Below are positions 59,158 to 64,000 of a stretch of 64,000 bases of DNA, piece by piece. Position 1 is the first letter of the stretch; every line of letters starts with the position of its first letter. This DNA comes from a virus, in the IMG/VR virus record IMGVR_UViG_3300028844_005363, positions 10,758 to 74,757 of that record. One strand, 5' to 3'. The notes under the pieces were generated by a model. It saw nothing but the letters and a program-made list of their open reading frames with translations, made no database searches and was not told where the DNA came from. A program made the translations under genes and the position numbers.

Positions 59158-59760
59158 ATGTCAGAAGTTAAAAAAACAATCACTGCTGTAACAAAAGCAA
59201 CAGGCGCACTTAGTAAAGTATCATTAGAACTACAAAAGCAGCTAGCTAGCTTAGGTGGTTTTTCTGAAACTGTTCATATTCTTGCTGAAGATATTGAGTT
59301 CAAGCAACAAGAACTTTCTGCGATTGAGCAAGAAATCAGTGATGCACAGCGTAAAGCTAATGCTGAACTTAAACTTCGTATTCTTGAAGATGAAGACCGT
59401 GTAGTAATCAGCATCTTAAATGATCGTGGTTGCGCTTCTATCAAAACTGATGACTTAAACCAATTACGTCATGATTTAGCTCTTGCTGAACAAGGTAATG
59501 AAGAAGCAATTGAAACTGCTGTAGCGGCAGCGAAAAGCAGTGCTGCTAAAGAACTTGCTTACACACTTTCGGCTGCTAAATCTAAGCATGAAGTTGATGT
59601 TGCTAACGACACAGCGACAATCACTATGCTTACAACTCAGCTTACTGATGCGCGCGCAAACAATGCAGAGCTTAAGCAAATGCTTAATGAAGAGCGTACT
59701 GCCCGTGTTGATATTGCTAAAGCTGGTACTAACATCAGCGTGTCTGCTCCAAGCAAGTAA
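59158..59760 (+). CDS. Coiled-coil protein
   Basis: 200-aa Ala/Glu/Lys heptad-rich ORF. Confidence 0.75.
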   Translation: MSEVKKTITAVTKATGALSKVSLELQKQLASLGGFSETVHILAEDIEFKQQELSAIEQEISDAQRKANAELKLRILEDEDRVVISILNDRGCASIKTDDLNQLRHDLALAEQGNEEAIETAVAAAKSSAAKELAYTLSAAKSKHEVDVANDTATITMLTTQLTDARANNAELKQMLNEERTARVDIAKAGTNISVSAPSK

Positions 59761-59844
59761 AACCAATCCCCTGTAAAAAGGCTGTTCAGTGAAGCTAGGC
59801 TCTCCTGTTTGTAAGATAACCTAGCAACAAATTTACGGTGATGT

Positions 59845-60099
59845 ATGAATAAACATAATCCCCCAAGCAAAGTCAAAAAGATTGCTGGCTTTGTCACTAA
59901 GCATCCTGTCATTGCTTTAGTACTATTAATGTTAATGGTAGTAGGTTTGATTAAGTTAATTGATTACAGCGCTGCACGCTACGCGTGTCACACCCGCTGG
60001 GTCGATAGTACCATTGAATCAAAGTACACGTTACGTGGTGGCTGTCTTGTGAAACATAAAGATAGTTGGATACCTGAGCGTAATTTCAGAATTAATTAG
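59845..60099 (+). CDS. Single-TM protein with Cys pair
   Basis: TM followed by C...GGCLVK..W.P. Confidence 0.7.
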   Translation: MNKHNPPSKVKKIAGFVTKHPVIALVLLMLMVVGLIKLIDYSAARYACHTRWVDSTIESKYTLRGGCLVKHKDSWIPERNFRIN

Positions 60100-60109
60100 G
60101 AGAACTTAA

Positions 60110-60550
60110 ATGTTCGGAATCAAAAAACTTTTAGAAGGCAAATTAAAAGCCTTGGGTATCAAAGTACATAAGGTTGAAAACAAAAATCTTATGGAAGCTA
60201 TCGTAGCTGGTGCGGTTCTTGTTGCCTACTCTGATGGTGATTGTTCAGACGATGAACTTCTTAAGTTACATAACATTGTTGAGTCGAACGAAAATCTTAA
60301 ACACTTCGGTAGTGAAGTAGGTAAGACAATCGACCTATACTGTAAAATGTATGAGTCAGGTGCGCGACTTGCAAAGGTTAAATTGCTTAAAGAACTTCGT
60401 GAAGTTGCTGCGAATGAAGAACAAAAGATTGAAGCTTTTGTTATCGCAATTGAAATTGCAGATGCAGATGGCAACATAGATGAAGCTGAATTAGCTATGC
60501 TACGTACCATCGGTAAAGAATTTGGGTTAAACCCAGATACCTACATTTAA
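60110..60550 (+). CDS. terB: TerB-family tellurite-resistance/co-chaperone-like protein
   Basis: VAYSDGDCSDDEL and IADADGNIDEAEL repeats. Confidence 0.88.
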   Translation: MFGIKKLLEGKLKALGIKVHKVENKNLMEAIVAGAVLVAYSDGDCSDDELLKLHNIVESNENLKHFGSEVGKTIDLYCKMYESGARLAKVKLLKELREVAANEEQKIEAFVIAIEIADADGNIDEAELAMLRTIGKEFGLNPDTYI

Positions 60551-60746
60551 TGTGGGTGGTTCGGCGTAGGCAAATAATCTTAATTATTATTATTATGTCT
60601 TCGCAAACATAGCGCTTACGCTGAACCAATTAAGTACACTTAGTGTCAGAATGGACCCATATACAAATGTCCCTAAACTAGTTGTGTTGAGGTTTGGTAA
60701 ACCAAGAGCAGTAATTTACTTATAATAATCTATGGTGGTTATTTTC

Positions 60747-60788
60747 AGTCGGTAAGGTTTTTGTCATATTTTCCTTACCGACTTTTTT
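60747..60788 (+). terminator. Intrinsic terminator
   Basis: AGTCGGTAAGG...CCTTACCGACT plus T tract. Confidence 0.7.
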
Positions 60789-60942
60789 ACCTGGAATGTA
60801 ATGGGTTAGCTGTGAATACGCTTGCAAGCTGTTCTTTTAAATTCACCCGCGCTAAACAATCGCAGCTAACACCGGTACATTTTGTGCCATAAACCCTAAT
60901 TTAACTTTATGTGGAATTATGGTGTTATTCAATTTAATACTC

Positions 60943-60967
60943 AGCCCTGTTTTTTACAGGGCTTTTT
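60943..60967 (+). terminator. Intrinsic terminator
   Basis: AGCCCTGT-TTTTT-ACAGGGCT plus T tract. Confidence 0.7.
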
Positions 60968-61129
60968 AGTATGTAACCCTGTGCATTGTTCTACACCTCA
61001 CAAAGAAACGGTCTTTGATAGTTTAACGAACTTAACGTAGGACAATGTACAGCGATGCATATTGCATCATAACTTTAAATAAATCTTAGGCGAAATATTT
61101 AGAGCAGTGGGTGAAAGACCCACAACTAT

Positions 61130-61254
61130 GCTTCTTGAAGCTCAGCAGTAGAGCGGCGGACTCTAATCCGTGTCAGTGTTAAGGACAGGTAATGAATTAC
61201 GTAATAAAAGCCTTATCAGCCTTTCCCGTGTCGGTGCAAATCCGATCAAGAAGC
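61130..61254 (+). tRNA. Aberrant tRNA-like RNA (CUA in anticodon position, 58-nt variable region)
   Basis: Acceptor GCTTCTTG/CAAGAAGC, D arm GCTC-AGCAGTA-GAGC, GCGGA-CTCTAA-TCCGT, T arm GTCGG-TGCAAAT-CCGAT. Confidence 0.65.
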
Positions 61255-61280
61255 AACTCATTTACAGTAGGAGGTACACC

Positions 61281-61715
61281 ATGAAAATAGATTGGAAAAC
61301 TGTATCTTCTTCTGAAGGTTACATTTCTATCAAAGCTGCCTTTGATGCAATAGCCGCTGAACAAAATAAGCGCTCTCAAAGATACCCGAACACGTACACT
61401 CACTATAAGAAACCAGAGCTGAAGCATTTGTTTGTTAAGGTTATAAACCGAGCCAAACACATTCATGCACGCACAGGTATTCCTATCGAAGTTGTACTTG
61501 AAAAGTGGGAGACTGCTAGAAAAGCTAGAAAGCACCCGCTGTTCAGTTTTTACTGTAGTACAACAGTTAAAGAATTTGAAAAACTTCCTATTAATCCTAA
61601 AAATCCTCTTGGTATTCGTGGCCTACGTAAAATGGTATGGAGCGACTATCAAGATAAAAATGAGAGAATGCGCGCATTTAAGCGTCGCAAGAAACTTTTT
61701 TTAAACAGAGTCTGA
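61281..61715 (+). CDS. Basic hypothetical protein
   Basis: AGGAGG RBS before MKIDWK. Confidence 0.8.
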   Translation: MKIDWKTVSSSEGYISIKAAFDAIAAEQNKRSQRYPNTYTHYKKPELKHLFVKVINRAKHIHARTGIPIEVVLEKWETARKARKHPLFSFYCSTTVKEFEKLPINPKNPLGIRGLRKMVWSDYQDKNERMRAFKRRKKLFLNRV

Positions 61716-61956
61716 CTGCTAGAAGCACAGTGTTAGTAGGTTCTTTGAGTGTACTGTGGTTGTGCACAGGGACTCTTGTAAGACAGAAAACTAACGAGTT
61801 AAGCTGCTGAATCCAAAACAAACACAAATAGTATTTGGATACGCGCTTTGGTGTACCACCCTATAAATCATCTCACACGTAAAGCCTTTAGGTGGAATAC
61901 GTGACAACCGTTCTTTTAGCTGGGCTGTGTGAGAACTAATTTTTAAGGATACCGTT

Positions 61957-62238
61957 ATGGTAAACAAAAACAGTTATATTCGTGGAGCTTATTTAGCTAC
62001 CAAAGATGGAAACCGGTACAGTAACGGTTATCTTGTTAAGGTTGACGAATCAGAATGTGTGATACTTACTGACTTCGGTAACTGCATCTCAATGTCTTTA
62101 GAAAGCGTTAAAGAACACTTTGAGCCATCTGATGCATGGATAGATTCTAGTAATGTTAACTACCCACACCCCTCGCTATACGAGCGCATAGAGGAACAGA
62201 TTAGTTTATTAGAGCATGCCTTAGATAAGGTTGCTTAA
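61957..62238 (+). CDS. Hypothetical protein, paralog family 3
   Basis: YSNG...ILTDFGN...ERIEEQI. Confidence 0.75.
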   Translation: MVNKNSYIRGAYLATKDGNRYSNGYLVKVDESECVILTDFGNCISMSLESVKEHFEPSDAWIDSSNVNYPHPSLYERIEEQISLLEHALDKVA

Positions 62239-62293
62239 TTACGTACTTACAATGGTTTAAGTACTTAACCCCTATAATTAAGAGTAAACCTTA

Positions 62294-62512
62294 ATGTTGA
62301 AAAAATTCACTAACTGGTTATTTTTTAAATTTCTTTGTAAGATTTTACGTGATGCACGTTTAAATGTTGCTACCCACAAAGCACAAAGAAGTCCTACCAA
62401 GAGCTATCTTGTTAAGGTAAAAGATGAAGCTGCTTGTGTTCGTCTTATTAAATACACTGGTTACGCTGTGCCAGAGGATATTTATGCAAAACCCAGTATT
62501 AGAAAAAAGTAA
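62294..62512 (+). CDS. Hypothetical protein
   Basis: 72-aa ORF. Confidence 0.5.
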   Translation: MLKKFTNWLFFKFLCKILRDARLNVATHKAQRSPTKSYLVKVKDEAACVRLIKYTGYAVPEDIYAKPSIRKK

Positions 62513-62789
62513 TATAAAAGTAGGTTTGCCTTTATTTTCTAGGGGGCATCTACCTTTTTACACCAATGCAGTTGTTACAAAAATTGATCATGAAAATGAG
62601 AAAGCTACTGTAATGACTGACTACGGTAATGTAATGAGCTTTAGTTACCACAGCTTAAATTATCATTACACAACAGCGCAGCAATACTTAGATGGTCTTG
62701 AACCTGAACCAATAATTCAACGTCTACAAATTCAGATTCGTAATCTGAATGAGCAGCTTGAATTACACCTGAATAGTGACTCGCAATAA
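62484..62789 (+). CDS. Hypothetical protein, paralog family 3
   Basis: YTNA...VMTDYGN...QRLQIQI; GAGGA RBS. Confidence 0.75.
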   Translation: MQNPVLEKSNIKVGLPLFSRGHLPFYTNAVVTKIDHENEKATVMTDYGNVMSFSYHSLNYHYTTAQQYLDGLEPEPIIQRLQIQIRNLNEQLELHLNSDSQ

Positions 62790-62938
62790 GTCATTATGGT
62801 GCTACTCCGAGCCTTGCGGAGTTGTCTAAATCCAGACTATAAAATGGTCGTATAAGCCCTGCATACGTTGTGTAAGGGCAACTAATTATTGTGGTTCTGG
62901 TGACAATATATAGTAAATCATTTGGTAAAGGAACTTTA

Positions 62939-63160
62939 ATGGATATTATGCAAAAAACAGCAGAAGCTTTTCTGGACCACATTGAAAAAATAGGTGCTGA
63001 AAATTACATTGAATGTACGTTCTCAAATAATACGGAACCAAGTAAATCTATTGTAGTTACTGTTGCTTACATTGAAGGTAAATCTCCTCACCAAAAACTT
63101 ATGGAAGCTGAAGAGCAAATCCAAGAGCTGAAAAATAAGCTTAATGAATTAAGTAAGTAA
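62939..63160 (+). CDS. Hypothetical protein
   Basis: AAGGA RBS; GAENYIE...GKSPHQ. Confidence 0.7.
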   Translation: MDIMQKTAEAFLDHIEKIGAENYIECTFSNNTEPSKSIVVTVAYIEGKSPHQKLMEAEEQIQELKNKLNELSK

Positions 63161-63199
63161 AGCCATGAAAGGTAATCAAACCATTCAATAGGATTTTAT

Positions 63200-63409
63200 A
63201 TGTATAAACTGTTTAAGATTAGTATGCTACTACCTTCATGGTTAGTGATGCAGGTTGTTTGGTCAGTGATTTTAGTATTAGCGATATTACTTACAATATT
63301 GCTTAATAGCCCAAATGTACTCGCACCTAAGCGACCAACATTCGCCAGTGTTAGTACCTTCTACCGAGAGTCTTTGGTAGGGATACGTAAATGGCTAAGT
63401 ACAATTTAA
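63200..63409 (+). CDS. Membrane protein
   Basis: Long hydrophobic segment; AGGA RBS. Confidence 0.65.
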   Translation: MYKLFKISMLLPSWLVMQVVWSVILVLAILLTILLNSPNVLAPKRPTFASVSTFYRESLVGIRKWLSTI

Positions 63410-63413
63410 TAAT

Positions 63414-63426
63414 GCTGCTACGCAGC
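63414..63426 (+). promoter_or_regulatory. Triloop hairpin promoter candidate (class B) upstream of RNA genes
   Basis: GCTGC-TAC-GCAGC. Confidence 0.55.
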
Positions 63427-63483
63427 TATTTCGATACAAAAATTCAGACCGAGTGATAATGTATCTTGGTCGCCACATTATAT

Positions 63484-63606
63484 GGGCGTACTTTGGTGTC
63501 AAGCCAACCTTGAGAACGGTTCGATTCCGTTGGTCACTATGGGTTAATAGTGATTGTGTGGTGCTAAGAGGATGGTGAAGCGGGTTCGAGTCCCGCACGC
63601 CCCCCA
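63484..63606 (+). ncRNA. tRNA-like RNA with two T arms and encoded CCA
   Basis: GGGCGT/ACGCCC-C-CCA; AACGG-TTCGATT-CCGTT; GCGGG-TTCGAGT-CCCGC. Confidence 0.6.
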
Positions 63607-63612
63607 AATTGA

Positions 63613-64000
63613 GAAATACTGCCCGAATCCCTTTATGGTTAAGACAGTATTTCAATAGTCTGGTTGTTGACAAAACGTTGTGTGTGGAGCGAAATCTAGT
63701 TGAGCTTTGAAGCATACGATGCCCGTAAGGGGATTGCTGTACTTGATACACAAGCATTGTAATACTAGATAAAGTTCGATTACTTCATAATCCTAGCCCC
63801 AGCAAAGTAGGTTGGTAAGCCTACTAACTAATTCTGCGTTCCCTTTAAATAGCCTATCAAGCTAACTATCGTAAGGTAGTAGGGGATGCGGGAGTAGTAA
63901 AGATGATAACCGATGGTAAAGGGAGATAATGCTCCTGACTACGACTAGGCATCTTTGCACAGACCCCGGACAGCACAGTCTGCCTAAAAGCCGATTGGTT
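63613..64000 (+). ncRNA. Large multi-branched structured RNA, probably continues past the window edge
   Basis: GNRA-capped hairpins, three-way junction closed by a 13-bp G-U-rich helix, no plus-strand ORF in the track. Confidence 0.55.

Larger units (their letters stand above)
60557..61052 (+). ncRNA. Cluster of stem-closed structured RNA units
   Basis: Three 11-16 bp stems with G-U pairs closing 42-44 nt loops; no ORF. Confidence 0.55.

Noticed and set aside
60110-60550. Phage-encoded TerB as a novelty
   Set aside because: TerB-family genes are known in many lytic phages; noted only as context for the RNA cluster.
60557-60628. Retron msr-msd
   Set aside because: Inverted repeats are present but no reverse transcriptase is encoded in the window.
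61170-61280. N-terminal extension of the 61170-61715 ORF
   Set aside because: Overlaps the tRNA-like RNA; a strong AGGAGG RBS supports a start at 61281.
63395-63757. 120-aa minus-strand ORF
   Set aside because: Antisense to tRNA-like sequence (GGVRDSNP is a typical tRNA antisense translation) in a plus-strand region.

Overview
This window is most of an N4-like (Schitoviridae) lytic phage genome, read across the genome-end junction. On the minus strand (1-33.8 kb) are the giant virion RNA polymerase (runs off the left edge), ejection/virion proteins, major capsid (with an ~80-aa insertion), portal, tail appendages (a beta-helix protein and two SGNH-esterase paralogs), head-tail adaptor, both terminase subunits and two multi-domain proteins resembling immune-signal sponges. 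A plus-strand island (MazG-like NTP pyrophosphatase, dNMP kinase, M15 endolysin, alpha/beta hydrolase) sits head-to-head with a membrane coiled-coil plus CheY-like receiver pair. On the plus strand (34.2-64 kb) are early genes behind N4-type hairpin promoters, the two-subunit RNAPII, dUTPase, AAA/vWA pair, ThyX, Dda-like helicase, family A DNA polymerase and TerB. The last 3.5 kb is rich in structured non-coding sequence: stem-closed units with 42-44 nt loops, two aberrant tRNA-like RNAs and the start of a large multi-branched RNA. Family assignments come from motif recognition only; no database searches were run.
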